From: Bacilli bacterium
Lineage (GTDB): Bacteria > Bacillota_I > Bacilli_A > RF39 > UBA660
Assembly: GCA_016296185.1 (NCBI GenBank)
Contig: JAEDJT010000002.1
Location: 4,226-68,225 of the forward strand
Length of the DNA: 64,000 bases
Direction: 5' to 3'
The notes beneath the pieces were generated by a model. It did not search any database. It was not told the origin of the DNA and saw only the letters and a list, made by a program, of their open reading frames with translations. Both the position numbers and the translations under genes were made by a program. Positions 39,807 through 49,846 of the stretch are shown piece after piece (within the stretch, counting starts at the first letter, position 1; every line of letters begins with the position of its first letter).

Positions 39807-40802
39807 ATGAAATTAGATAATATTAAGAAGTATATGTATTTACTTATTTGTATATCATTGTTGGTTTTTATTGTTAAGTATTCTAATTTTGTTAGTATTA
39901 TATCTTGTTTTATTAAAGTATTAATTCCTATTGTTATAGGTTTCTTATATGCGTGGTTTGTTAATCCATTGGTTTGTAAGTTTAAGTTTAGTAGAAGAAT
40001 AAGTTCACTTATTGTATTTTTAATTGTCATATCTATTATTGCTATATTTATGATATTTATTGTTCCAACTTTATATAAAGAAATTAAAAGTTTAGTTATT
40101 ATGTTACCTAAATTTTTAGATTATATAAATGATTTATTAGATAAGTTTAATCTTAGTGAATATATAAGTTTAGATAGTTTTAATATAGATAATATACCTT
40201 TAATTATTTTAAAAAATATTAAAGGAATTATAATTTCTATTAGTAGTATTGTTATTGGTTTAATGATAGGATTATATATGTCTTTAGAATATGACAATAT
40301 TTATAATTTTATTATGAATCGTGTTCGTGATAAAAGTTTAGTTAATGAATTATCTGATAAAGTTAGATGTTGTATTAAAGGTACTTTATTTGTTGCATTT
40401 ATTGTATTTATATTAGATACTGTTTATTTTTATATTATTAAACTAGATGGTGCTTTATTATTAGGTTCACTGTGTGGTTTAACAGATTTAATTCCTTATA
40501 TAGGACCTTATATTGGTGGAACAGTTGCTGTTTTAGTTTCTTTAGGTGAAGGAGGCAAATTGTGGTTATTAACGCTTATTGGTTGTGTTGGTGTTCAAAT
40601 ATTAGAAAATAATATTTTACAACCTTGTATTATAAGTAAAACAACTAAATTAAGTCCTTTATTAGTCATTATTGGTATGACTGTTTTTGGAAAGTTATTT
40701 GGTGTTATAGGTATGATAATTGCAACTCCTTTAGTTTGTATGTTAAGTATTATATTTAAGTATTATTTTTATTCTAAGTACTTTACAAATAGTAAAATAT
40801 AA
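39807..40802 (+). CDS. AI-2E family transporter (PerM/UPF0118)
   Basis: 331 aa polytopic protein. The C-terminal LIPYIGPYIGG...ENNILQPCIISK region is typical of the family. Confidence 0.7.
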   Translation: MKLDNIKKYMYLLICISLLVFIVKYSNFVSIISCFIKVLIPIVIGFLYAWFVNPLVCKFKFSRRISSLIVFLIVISIIAIFMIFIVPTLYKEIKSLVIMLPKFLDYINDLLDKFNLSEYISLDSFNIDNIPLIILKNIKGIIISISSIVIGLMIGLYMSLEYDNIYNFIMNRVRDKSLVNELSDKVRCCIKGTLFVAFIVFILDTVYFYIIKLDGALLLGSLCGLTDLIPYIGPYIGGTVAVLVSLGEGGKLWLLTLIGCVGVQILENNILQPCIISKTTKLSPLLVIIGMTVFGKLFGVIGMIIATPLVCMLSIIFKYYFYSKYFTNSKI

Positions 40803-40810
40803 TCTATAAT
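40782..40810 (+). promoter_or_regulatory. Promoter TTTACA, 17-nt spacer, TATAAT for the Ala T-box leader
   Basis: TTTACA at 40782-40787 and TATAAT at 40805-40810. Overlaps the 3' end of the upstream transporter gene. Confidence 0.5.
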
Positions 40811-40816
40811 CTATTT

Positions 40817-41007
40817 TGTAATTAATTGTTGATGAAGACGGAAACTTATTTAAGTTTATAGAGAGTTCATGGTTGGTGTAAATGAATAATGGAGATAAGT
40901 TAAGAGCTACCTTCGGAGATTAATCGGTTAATAGCCGTTATCTATAATTAAGTAAAATAAAGGATGGTACCGCATTATTTGCTCCTTGGCAAGTAATGTG
41001 TTTTTTT
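40817..41007 (+). promoter_or_regulatory. T-box riboswitch leader, probable Ala specifier (GCU)
   Basis: GA/K-turn-like TTGATGAAG, AGAGAG box, GGTTGGTGTAAA distal loop, specifier context AAGA-GCT-A, T-box sequence GGATGGTACCGCA. Terminator stem 40973-40982 pairs with 40989-40998, with T-run 41001-41007. Confidence 0.85.
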
Positions 41008-41022
41008 ATTTAAGGAGGATTT

Positions 41023-41523
41023 ATGAAAATTATTTTAATTTCTGGAAAAGCTGGAAGTGGTAAAAGTAGTTTAGCTAATATTCTTAAAGAAAAATTAGAT
41101 AAATGTGTTGTTACTAATTATAGTAAATATATTAAATTGTTTGCTATGGAAATGCTTAACTGGGATGGCAGTGATGAAAATAAACCTAGATCTTTTTTAC
41201 AAGAGATGGGTGATACTTTAAGAAGTATTAATAAAAATTTTTTAACTGATAGAATGCTTCAAGATATTAATGTATATAGTAAATATTATGATTATGTTAT
41301 TATTTCTGATGTAAGACTTGTTAATGAATTAGAATATTTTAATGATAAGTTTGATACATATTCTATTAGAATTAATAATAATGATAATAGAAAGAAACTT
41401 GATAATAATCAAAGTCATCATATTACTGAAGTAGAATTAGATAATTACAATAAATTTGATTTGGTTATAGATGATGAAGAAATTAATAATAATATTGATA
41501 AAATAGTGGAAGGATTGAAGTAA
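41023..41523 (+). CDS. P-loop NTPase, dNMP-kinase-like
   Basis: 166 aa. Walker A ISGKAGSGKSS, later FLQEMGDTLR and ISDVRLVNE, resembling phage-type deoxynucleotide monophosphate kinases. AAGGAGG RBS. Confidence 0.5.
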   Translation: MKIILISGKAGSGKSSLANILKEKLDKCVVTNYSKYIKLFAMEMLNWDGSDENKPRSFLQEMGDTLRSINKNFLTDRMLQDINVYSKYYDYVIISDVRLVNELEYFNDKFDTYSIRINNNDNRKKLDNNQSHHITEVELDNYNKFDLVIDDEEINNNIDKIVEGLK

Positions 41524-41524
41524 A

Positions 41525-43276
41525 ATGAATTTAAAAGATTTATATATTAATTTTATGGTAAGTAAAGGACATAAACAAATTCCTAGTGCACCTGTTGTAC
41601 CTGAAAATGATCCATCTGTATTATTTAATACTGCTGGTATGCAACCTTTAATTCCATATTTAATGGGAGCTAAACACCCATATGGTACTAGATTAACTGA
41701 TTACCAAAAATGTGTTAGAACTAATGATTTAGATAATATTGGTGATACATATCATCATACATTCTTTGAAATGTTAGGTAACTGGAGTTTAGGAGATTAT
41801 TTTAAAGATGAAGCTATTTCTTGGAGTTTTGAATTCTTAACTGAAGTTTTAGAGATTCCTGTTGAAAAATTAGCTGTTACAGTATTTGCTGGAACTGATA
41901 CAATTCCATTTGATGAAACTAGTTATAATAAATGGTTAAGTTTAGGTATTCCAGAATCTAGAATTGCTAAAACAGTAGATGATAATTTCTGGATTGCTGG
42001 TGAAACAGGACCTTGTGGACCTGATTCAGAAATGTTCTATTGGAGAAGTGAAGATCCAATTCCTGAAGTATTTGATACAGAAGATAATAGATGGGTTGAA
42101 ATCTGGAATGATGTATTTATGCAATTTGAAAAACATGCTGATGGTTCTATAACTGAATTACCTGCTAAAAATGTAGATACTGGTATGGGTGTAGAGAGAA
42201 CTACAGCTATACTTGAAGGAAAAATGGATAATTATGAATCTAGTATTTGGACTCCTGTTATTAATTTAATTGAAAATATTAGTGGTTTATCTTATTATGG
42301 TAATGAAAAATCAATGAGAATAATTGCTGACCATTTAAGAACTGCTGTATTTATTTTAGCTGATCCAGCGGGAATTAAACCAAGTAATACTGATCAAGGT
42401 TATATTTTAAGAAGATTAATAAGAAGAGCTATTAGACATGCTAAGAATTTAGGTATTGATATTAATAGTGATTGGGAACAACAAATTGCTACTTGTTTAT
42501 TAGATATGTATGAAGTTTATTATGCTGAATTAAAAACAAATAGACAAGTTGTTTTAGATGGATTATCTAATGAAAAAGTTAAATTTAATAGAACTCTAGA
42601 AAAAGGATTAAGAGAATTTGAAAAAACTACTAGAGATGGAAAAGATATTGATGGAGAAACTGCATTCCATTTATTTGATACTTATGGATTTCCATTAGAA
42701 TTAACTGTTGAACTTGCTTCTGAAAAAGGATTAAAAGTTGATGAAGAAGGTTATGAAGTTAAGTTTAGGGAACATCAAGAAAAGAGTAGAACTGCTTCTC
42801 AAGGTAAGTTTAAAGGTGGTTTAGCTGGTAATAGTGAAATTGAAACTAAATATCATACAGCTACTCACTTACTTAATGCAGCATTAAAAGTAGTTGTAGG
42901 TCCTGATGTTCATCAAAAAGGTTCTAATATTACAGAAGAAAGAATGAGATTCGATTTCTCTTGTGATCATAAATTAAGTGATGAAGAAAAACAACAAGCT
43001 GAAGCTTTAGTTAATCAATGGATTAGTGAAGGTTTAGATGTAGTAGTAGAAGAGATGAGTAAAGAAGAAGCCATTTCATCTGGCGCTGAATGTCAATTTA
43101 TTGAAAAATATCCTGATCAAGTTACTGTTTATACTATTGGTAATAATATTAGTAAAGAATTATGTGGTGGACCACATGTTAAAAATACTAGTGAATTAGG
43201 ACATTTTGTTATTAAAAAAGAAGAGGCATCAAGTGCTGGTGTTAGAAGAATTAAAGCTATTTTAGAAGATAAGTAA
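41525..43276 (+). CDS. alaS: Alanine--tRNA ligase, short form (583 aa)
   Basis: Class II AlaRS core (LFNTAGMQP, HHTFFEMLGNWSLGDYF, GPCGPDSEMFY, VDTGMGVERT, RIIADHLR, YILRRLIRRA) and editing-site HTATHLL...CGGPHV. The ORF ends right after the editing core. Confidence 0.9.
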   Translation: MNLKDLYINFMVSKGHKQIPSAPVVPENDPSVLFNTAGMQPLIPYLMGAKHPYGTRLTDYQKCVRTNDLDNIGDTYHHTFFEMLGNWSLGDYFKDEAISWSFEFLTEVLEIPVEKLAVTVFAGTDTIPFDETSYNKWLSLGIPESRIAKTVDDNFWIAGETGPCGPDSEMFYWRSEDPIPEVFDTEDNRWVEIWNDVFMQFEKHADGSITELPAKNVDTGMGVERTTAILEGKMDNYESSIWTPVINLIENISGLSYYGNEKSMRIIADHLRTAVFILADPAGIKPSNTDQGYILRRLIRRAIRHAKNLGIDINSDWEQQIATCLLDMYEVYYAELKTNRQVVLDGLSNEKVKFNRTLEKGLREFEKTTRDGKDIDGETAFHLFDTYGFPLELTVELASEKGLKVDEEGYEVKFREHQEKSRTASQGKFKGGLAGNSEIETKYHTATHLLNAALKVVVGPDVHQKGSNITEERMRFDFSCDHKLSDEEKQQAEALVNQWISEGLDVVVEEMSKEEAISSGAECQFIEKYPDQVTVYTIGNNISKELCGGPHVKNTSELGHFVIKKEEASSAGVRRIKAILEDK

Positions 43277-43334
43277 TTATCTTCTTTTTTATTTTTTTAT
43301 TAGTGGTATAATTATATTAGAAAGGAAGCTAGAT

Positions 43335-44387
43335 ATGAGAAAATTTAAACAATTATTAATGGCATTAATTATGATGTTATTTGTTCCTATGTTTGTTTCA
43401 GCAGCTGGTATTGTTGAAGCAGATGATCAAATTACTACAGAAGGAGAATATTATAGTAATAAAATTATTGCTGGAGATAAAGTTACTAATGAAGCTTATA
43501 TTGATGGTTTAGCATTATTAACAGGTAATTCTGTTAAAAATAATGGTAAGTTATCTTATGGTTTCTTAGCTGGTAATGATATTACTATTAAAGGAGAAAT
43601 TGAAAAGGATTTATTCGCTGCTGGTAACGATATTACTATCGAAGAAGATGCAATTATTCCTAGAGATGTATATTTAGCAGGTAATAAAGTAGTTATTAAA
43701 GCTAATATTGGTAGAACATTATATGTTGCTGCTAATATATTAGATTTAAGAGATGTTACTGTTAATGGTAATGTTAAAACTGCAGTTGAAGAAATTTTAG
43801 TTAATGATAATACTGTTATTAATGGTACTTTATCTTATGAAGAAAATACTATTATTGGTAATTTAGATGCAGCAACAATTAATGATGTTGTTACATATAA
43901 AGAATCAACAGTTAAACCTTCATTTAAAGAAGAAGTAATTGATACAGCTAGTTCTACAATTGCATTATTAGTTACTGTATTAGTTTTATTTATTGTATTT
44001 AAACAATTAAGAGAAACTATCGATGAAATAGAATTTGATGTTGCATCTTTTGTTAAAAATATAATTTTAGGATTTGCTTTTTTAATAGTTGTTCCAGTTG
44101 CTAGTGTTCTTTTAATGATTACTGGTGTTTTCTTACCATTATCATTAATTGCTTTAGCTTTATATGCTATTGTTCTTTACTTAAGTGTGGGTATTGGTTC
44201 ATATGTAATTGGTAGATTATTATGGAATATAACTAAAAAAGATCATAATTGGTTCATTGATTTAATAATTGGTATTGTTTTAGTAAACATTGTTGGATTA
44301 ATTCCAGTTGTAGGTGAAATAGTTGAATCATTAATTACTTTCTACGGAATTGGATTAATTGCTAGTTTATTAAAACCAAGTAAATAA
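43335..44387 (+). CDS. Membrane protein with exported bactofilin-like beta-helical repeat domain
   Basis: Signal peptide (FVPMFVSAAG), repeated AGN-(D/K)-(I/V)-TI units, and about four C-terminal TM helices. Confidence 0.45.
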   Translation: MRKFKQLLMALIMMLFVPMFVSAAGIVEADDQITTEGEYYSNKIIAGDKVTNEAYIDGLALLTGNSVKNNGKLSYGFLAGNDITIKGEIEKDLFAAGNDITIEEDAIIPRDVYLAGNKVVIKANIGRTLYVAANILDLRDVTVNGNVKTAVEEILVNDNTVINGTLSYEENTIIGNLDAATINDVVTYKESTVKPSFKEEVIDTASSTIALLVTVLVLFIVFKQLRETIDEIEFDVASFVKNIILGFAFLIVVPVASVLLMITGVFLPLSLIALALYAIVLYLSVGIGSYVIGRLLWNITKKDHNWFIDLIIGIVLVNIVGLIPVVGEIVESLITFYGIGLIASLLKPSK

Positions 44388-44448
44388 GAATAAAAAAAGG
44401 TTTTAAACCTTTTTTTATTTGTTATAATTATTTTGGAAGGTAACTAAT

Positions 44449-45090
44449 ATGAGTATAAAAGATGTTAAATTAAAGAAACCAAAAGTTAATAAAGCTACAG
44501 ATTATTTATTAGAAGATTCTTATAATGAAGATTATTTTGTAAATTGTATATTTAATAATAATATTGATGATAATATAGTGATTGAAAGTACTATTTTTGA
44601 TGGATGTATTTTTAATAATATTGATTTTTCTAATATTGAATTAATTGATGTTGAATTATTAGATTGTGTATTTAATAATTGTGATTTGTCTAATAAATCA
44701 TTTAATGATAAATTTATTGAAAGAGTAGAATTTAATGATTGTAAATTAATTGGTATTTCTTTTATTAATTCAAGATTGAAAGATGTTTTAATAGATAATT
44801 GTAATTGTAAGTATGTTAATTTTGCAAATACTAATTTTAATACTGTTATTATTAATAATAGTGATTTATCCCAAATTTCATTTTATGAAACTATATTAAA
44901 AAATATTTTATTTGATAATGTTAATTTTGATAAAGCTGAAGTTTATAATACATTATTAAATAAAATAGATTTTTCTACTTGTACTATTACTGATATGTTA
45001 ATTGATCAAAAGTCTTTGAATGGAATGATTATTGATAGATTTCAATCACAAGATTTGGTTCGTATGTTGGGAGTAGAATTTAAAGATTAA
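44449..45090 (+). CDS. Pentapeptide repeat protein
   Basis: Continuous A(D/N)LxX-type pentads (FDGCIFNNIDFSNIELIDVELLDCVFNNCDLSN...). Confidence 0.75.
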   Translation: MSIKDVKLKKPKVNKATDYLLEDSYNEDYFVNCIFNNNIDDNIVIESTIFDGCIFNNIDFSNIELIDVELLDCVFNNCDLSNKSFNDKFIERVEFNDCKLIGISFINSRLKDVLIDNCNCKYVNFANTNFNTVIINNSDLSQISFYETILKNILFDNVNFDKAEVYNTLLNKIDFSTCTITDMLIDQKSLNGMIIDRFQSQDLVRMLGVEFKD

Positions 45091-45174
45091 TTTATTAATC
45101 TTTTTTTATTTGTTTAAAAGGATATAAGTTATTTATATTTAATATATAAGTGAAGGGGCGATTTAGGAGGTTAG

Positions 45175-46872
45175 ATGAAAAAAGTATTAATGAGTTGTGT
45201 GTTAATACTTGTTTGTGTTTTTAGTTTTAATATTAAAGCTTCTGCTATTGGTTATAATAGTTTTGATGATTATTATATTTTAGAAGGAGATAATTTTAAT
45301 TTTAGTAAGAATACTGTTTATTATTCTGATGATAGTGAAGGTATATTATATTTATATGATTATAATTACGATTCTAAATATAATGGTACTTTTGAAAAAT
45401 ATTTAGATACTGATTTTAATAAATTATCTGAAGATAAAAAATTACAAATTGCTAAAATTATAAAATATGGTTTTGGTTATTCTACTCATACTGATATTGT
45501 ATGGTATAAAGTTACACAAATAATGATCTGGGAAGTTATCTATGATGCTAAAGGTTATGTAGCTAAAGATTTAAATGGAACTAAAATTGATAATTATGAT
45601 CTAATGGTTGACGAAATTAATAATTTAATTAATGGACCTTCATTAGATGATATAGAAGTTAAATATGGCAAATCTGTTTTGATTAAAGGGTTAACGTACG
45701 ATTACATACTTGATACAGTTTATCCATATTCGTTATCTAAAACTGGAGCAGTTTTATATAATGTAAATAAAGATAGTGTTATTAGTTTTACTGAAGGTAA
45801 TACTAATAATCAAACTGGTAAAATGAAATATTTTGTATTAGATGATAAACCTGTTTTTATTCGTGGTGGTGAATTTTATAATGAACCTAAACATATTAAT
45901 GTTAATGTATTAAAAGGCAGTATTAATATTAAATTAAATGATAGTAAAGATTATTATTCTTCTGCGGATAATTCTAATTTATGTTATGAAATATATCATA
46001 ATTTAACTTTAGTTGATACTTTGTGTTATAAAAATGGAACTGATTATACTATAACTAATTATCAAGGCGATTATTACTATAAACAAGTTAGTAGTGGTAT
46101 TGGATATTTAGATGATGATGAAGAATATGAGTTTACTATTGGAAATGATAATGAAGATTTAATAATTAATAGTAATCCAATTACTAATAATATTAGTTTT
46201 AGTCATCTTTATTGCGTTGATGATGTTTGTTCACCGCTATCAGATGTTAAATATTATTTATATAATAATATTAGTAAAGAATTAATTGGAGAATATCACA
46301 GTAATTCAGAAGGTAAGTTAAATTTGAAATTGGGTTATGGAGAATATTTATTAGAACAAAAATCAGGTATGTTAGGTTTTACTATTAGTGCTCCTGTTAA
46401 ATTTCAAGTTAAAGAAGATAGTAAAGAACAAAAATTTGTTATGAAAAATAAATTCATTAGTAAAGGTGAATTTGTTGATGTTGTAATTGAACAAAAAAAT
46501 GATAATATATTAAATAATATAATTGTAGATAATGAAGATAAAATTGATAATGAAAATGAAGTTATAATAGATGAAGTTAATAATGATAATTTAATGGTAG
46601 ATAATTCTGGTTCTATAATGTTAGATAAAAAAGATGATATTGTTATAAAAGAAGTGGATGATTCTAATGATTTGAATAATCAAATTATTGATACCATTGA
46701 TTCTGATGATGTTGCTATGAAAGATGTAGATGAATTGAATGAAATTTATAGTGATAGATATTATGATGAAACAGTTGATAATCCTCATACAGGTTATAGT
46801 TTACATGCAAGAACATGGGTTATATTTTTAACTTTGAGTGAGATATTAAGAAGAGTTATTAAGAAAAAATAA
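45175..46872 (+). CDS. Secreted surface protein with Cna-B/SpaA-like domain and LPXTG-type (NPHTG) C-terminal sorting signal
   Basis: Signal peptide. TQIMIWEV segment resembling the TQXA motif. Prealbumin-like segment (YYLYNN...NSEGKLNLKLGYGEYLLEQ). Asp/Asn-rich spacer. The C-terminus has NPHTG, a hydrophobic stretch and RRVIKKK. Confidence 0.55.
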   Translation: MKKVLMSCVLILVCVFSFNIKASAIGYNSFDDYYILEGDNFNFSKNTVYYSDDSEGILYLYDYNYDSKYNGTFEKYLDTDFNKLSEDKKLQIAKIIKYGFGYSTHTDIVWYKVTQIMIWEVIYDAKGYVAKDLNGTKIDNYDLMVDEINNLINGPSLDDIEVKYGKSVLIKGLTYDYILDTVYPYSLSKTGAVLYNVNKDSVISFTEGNTNNQTGKMKYFVLDDKPVFIRGGEFYNEPKHINVNVLKGSINIKLNDSKDYYSSADNSNLCYEIYHNLTLVDTLCYKNGTDYTITNYQGDYYYKQVSSGIGYLDDDEEYEFTIGNDNEDLIINSNPITNNISFSHLYCVDDVCSPLSDVKYYLYNNISKELIGEYHSNSEGKLNLKLGYGEYLLEQKSGMLGFTISAPVKFQVKEDSKEQKFVMKNKFISKGEFVDVVIEQKNDNILNNIIVDNEDKIDNENEVIIDEVNNDNLMVDNSGSIMLDKKDDIVIKEVDDSNDLNNQIIDTIDSDDVAMKDVDELNEIYSDRYYDETVDNPHTGYSLHARTWVIFLTLSEILRRVIKKK

Positions 46873-46984
46873 TAACTTTTTTTTCGTTTTATGACATTTT
46901 TTTACATTTTTTATTAAAAATAGTAAAAAAAATAAAGGAAATAGGGCATATATCTATAATAATTAATAGTAGAGGGTGATTTTT

Positions 46985-48742
46985 ATGGCTTATTTATCTA
47001 ATGAAGAAATAGATTCTATAAGAAATAAAGCAAACATCGTTGATATTATTAGTAGTTATTTACCTCTTACTCAAGCTGGTAAAAGTTACAAAGGTGTTTG
47101 TCCATTTCATCAAGATCATTCTCCTAGTATGCACGTTTCTCCTGAAAAGGGAATATTTAAGTGCTTTGCTTGTGGTGAATCTGGTGGTATTTTTGAGTTC
47201 GTTGAAAAATATGAAAATGTATCATGGATTGAAGCAGTTGAAATTGTTGCTAACAAATGTGGTTTAGAATTATCTCAAAGTATTGTGAAAGGATCTAGTA
47301 ATTCATATTTTAAAGAAGAATATGAAATTATGGATTTAACTGAAAAATATTTTGTAAATAATTTAAAAACTAGTTTTGGCGAACAAGCTCTTGCTTATTT
47401 AAAAGAACGTGGAATTGATGAAGATGTTATTAAGGAATTTGGAATTGGATTAAGTTTAGATGATAGAGATACTTTATTAAAACTTCTTTCTAAGAAAAAT
47501 TATGAAGTTGATAAACTTGATGAATTAGGATTAATTAATAATGTTAATGGAAGTGTATATGATTTCTTTACTAGAAGAATTACTTTTCCTCTATGGGATA
47601 AAGATGGTCATATAGTAGGTTTTAGTGGAAGAATTTATAGAGGTGAAAAAGATACTTCTAAATATATGAATTCTAAAGAAACTAAAATATTTAAAAAAGG
47701 TGAAACTTTATACAATTATCATAATGCAAAAGATGTTGCTAAAAGAGAAAAAGAAATAATTGTTGTTGAAGGTTTCATGGATGCTATTAGAGTTAGTGCT
47801 AGTGGTATTAAAAATGTTGTTGCTTTATGTGGTACTGCAATGACTAAAGAACAAATTCAATTATTACAAAAGGTTAGAGGTAGAGTTATCTTATGTTTAG
47901 ATAATGATAATGCTGGTGAAATTGCTACTTTAAATAATGGTGAAGATTTAGTTAAAAATGGTTTAGATGTTCATGTAATTAGATTAAGTGGTGAAAAGGA
48001 TCCTGATGAATATATCTTAGCTAATGGTGCTCAAGCGTTTTTAGAAAATGTTAAGAAACCTATTACTTTCTTTGAGTTTAAAAAGAATTATTTAAAAAAA
48101 GGAAAGAATTTAAATAATAATCAAGAATTAACTCAATATATTAATTCTGTACTTCAAATGATAAGTAGTAATAATGATATTATTTTTAGAGAATTAACTT
48201 TAAGAGAATTGAGCAATGAATTTGGTTTATCAATGGATGTTTTAAATTCTAAATTATTAGAATTACAACCAAATCAAGTAGTTCAACAAAAAAGTAATGA
48301 TCAACCAAAAGTAATTGTAAAAGTTAAAAAAGATAATTTTACTGTTTGTTGTGAAAAAATATTATTTTTTATGATGAATGATGGGTTATATATAGATAAT
48401 TATAAAAAGAAAATAGGTATCTTTAATGATGCTTTATATAGACAAATTGCTAATGAAATAGTATATTATTATGAGTCCAGTGGAACTATTAGTGTAGCTG
48501 ATTTTATTACGTATGTTCATGATAAAGATGAAATTAAAGGTAAAGTTATGGAAATTGTAAATGAAGCATTTGATGATGAAGTTACAATGGAAGCTATGGA
48601 TGAGTATGTGACAAAGTTTTTTAAAGTTTCAACACAGAATGAGATTGAAAGATTAAAACAGCAAATGAAAAAAGAACTTGATCAAGATAAGAAGTTAAAA
48701 ATTGCGATGAAAATTGCTGAATTAAAAAAGGATGTGTTTTAG
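46985..48742 (+). CDS. dnaG: DNA primase
   Basis: Zinc-ribbon CPFHQDHSPSMHV...FKCFACGESG and Toprim EGFMDA...DNDNAG. Confidence 0.95.
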   Translation: MAYLSNEEIDSIRNKANIVDIISSYLPLTQAGKSYKGVCPFHQDHSPSMHVSPEKGIFKCFACGESGGIFEFVEKYENVSWIEAVEIVANKCGLELSQSIVKGSSNSYFKEEYEIMDLTEKYFVNNLKTSFGEQALAYLKERGIDEDVIKEFGIGLSLDDRDTLLKLLSKKNYEVDKLDELGLINNVNGSVYDFFTRRITFPLWDKDGHIVGFSGRIYRGEKDTSKYMNSKETKIFKKGETLYNYHNAKDVAKREKEIIVVEGFMDAIRVSASGIKNVVALCGTAMTKEQIQLLQKVRGRVILCLDNDNAGEIATLNNGEDLVKNGLDVHVIRLSGEKDPDEYILANGAQAFLENVKKPITFFEFKKNYLKKGKNLNNNQELTQYINSVLQMISSNNDIIFRELTLRELSNEFGLSMDVLNSKLLELQPNQVVQQKSNDQPKVIVKVKKDNFTVCCEKILFFMMNDGLYIDNYKKKIGIFNDALYRQIANEIVYYYESSGTISVADFITYVHDKDEIKGKVMEIVNEAFDDEVTMEAMDEYVTKFFKVSTQNEIERLKQQMKKELDQDKKLKIAMKIAELKKDVF

Positions 48743-49846
48743 ATGAAAGAAATTAAGAGTTTTGAAGAAAGACAAAAAGATTTAATTGAATTAGGTCAAA
48801 AAAATGGTTTTATTTTAACATTTGAACAATTAGCAGAAGCATTAAAAGGATTAGATATTGATAATGATTCATTAGATAACTTATATAATTCTTTAATGGA
48901 AAATGGTATTCAAGTTGTTACTGAAGAAGCTGCTTCTGATAATGGTAATGGTAAAAAGGTTATTGAAGACGAAGAAAATTTAGTTTTAAGTGATGAAGAA
49001 ATTACTAAAGATATTAATATTAATGATCCAGTTCGTATGTATTTAAAAGAAATTGGTCGTATTAGCTTATTAAGTCCAGATGAAGAAACTGAATTATCAG
49101 TTAGAATTGCTAATGGTGATGAAGATGCAAAAAATATTTTAGCTGAATCTAACTTACGTTTAGTTGTTTCTATTGCTAAAAGATATGTTGGTAGAGGTTT
49201 ATTATTCTTAGATTTAATTCAAGAAGGTAATATTGGTTTAATGAAAGCTGTTGAAAAGTTCGACTATGGTAAAGGTTATAAGTTTAGTACATATGCTACT
49301 TGGTGGATTAGACAAGCTATTACTAGAGCTCTAGCTGATCAAGCTAGAACTATTCGTGTTCCAGTTCATATGGTTGAAACAATTAATAAAATGGCTAGAA
49401 TTCAACGTCAAATGACTCTTGAATTAAATAGAGAACCATCTGAAGAAGAATTAGCTGAAAAAATGGGAATTACTGTAGATAAAGTAAGAGAAGTTATGAA
49501 AATATCTCAAGATCCAGTAAGTTTAGAAACTCCAATTGGTGAAGAAGATGATTCACATTTAGGTGATTTTATTAAAGATGAAAGAAGCATGAGCCCAGAA
49601 GAATATGCTACAAATGAAATCTTAAAAGAAGAAATTGGTAACGTATTATTAACTTTACAAGAAAGAGAAAGAGAAGTACTTGAATTAAGATTTGGTTTGG
49701 TTGATGGCACTAGTCATACTCTTGAAGAAGTTGGTAAGAAATTTAATGTTACAAGAGAACGTATTAGACAAATTGAAGCAAAAGCTTTAAGAAAATTAAG
49801 ACATCCTTCTAGAGCTAAAAAATTGAAAGATTTCTTAAGTGAATAA
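48743..49846 (+). CDS. sigA: RNA polymerase primary sigma factor (SigA/RpoD)
   Basis: Region 2 ([18 protein letters not shown]...[16 protein letters not shown]) and region 4 ([28 protein letters not shown]). Confidence 0.97.
   Translation: MKEIKSFEERQKDLIELGQKNGFILTFEQLAEALKGLDIDNDSLDNLYNSLMENGIQVVTEEAASDNGNGKKVIEDEENLVLSDEEITKDININDPVRMYLKEIGRISLLSPDEETELSVRIANGDEDAKNILAESNLRLVVSIAKRYVGRGLLFLDLIQEGNIGLMKAVEKFDYGKGYKFSTYATWWIRQAITRALADQARTIRVPVHMVETINKMARIQRQMTLELNREPSEEELAEKMGITVDKVREVMKISQDPVSLETPIGEEDDSHLGDFIKDERSMSPEEYATNEILKEEIGNVLLTLQEREREVLELRFGLVDGTSHTLEEVGKKFNVTRERIRQIEAKALRKLRHPSRAKKLKDFLSE

Noticed and set aside
45175-45700. A functional Cys-Gln thioester (TED) domain in the surface protein
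   Set aside because: A TQxxIW-like motif is present, but no cysteine lies upstream of it in the mature sequence. The thioester partner is therefore missing, and I report it only as TQXA-like.
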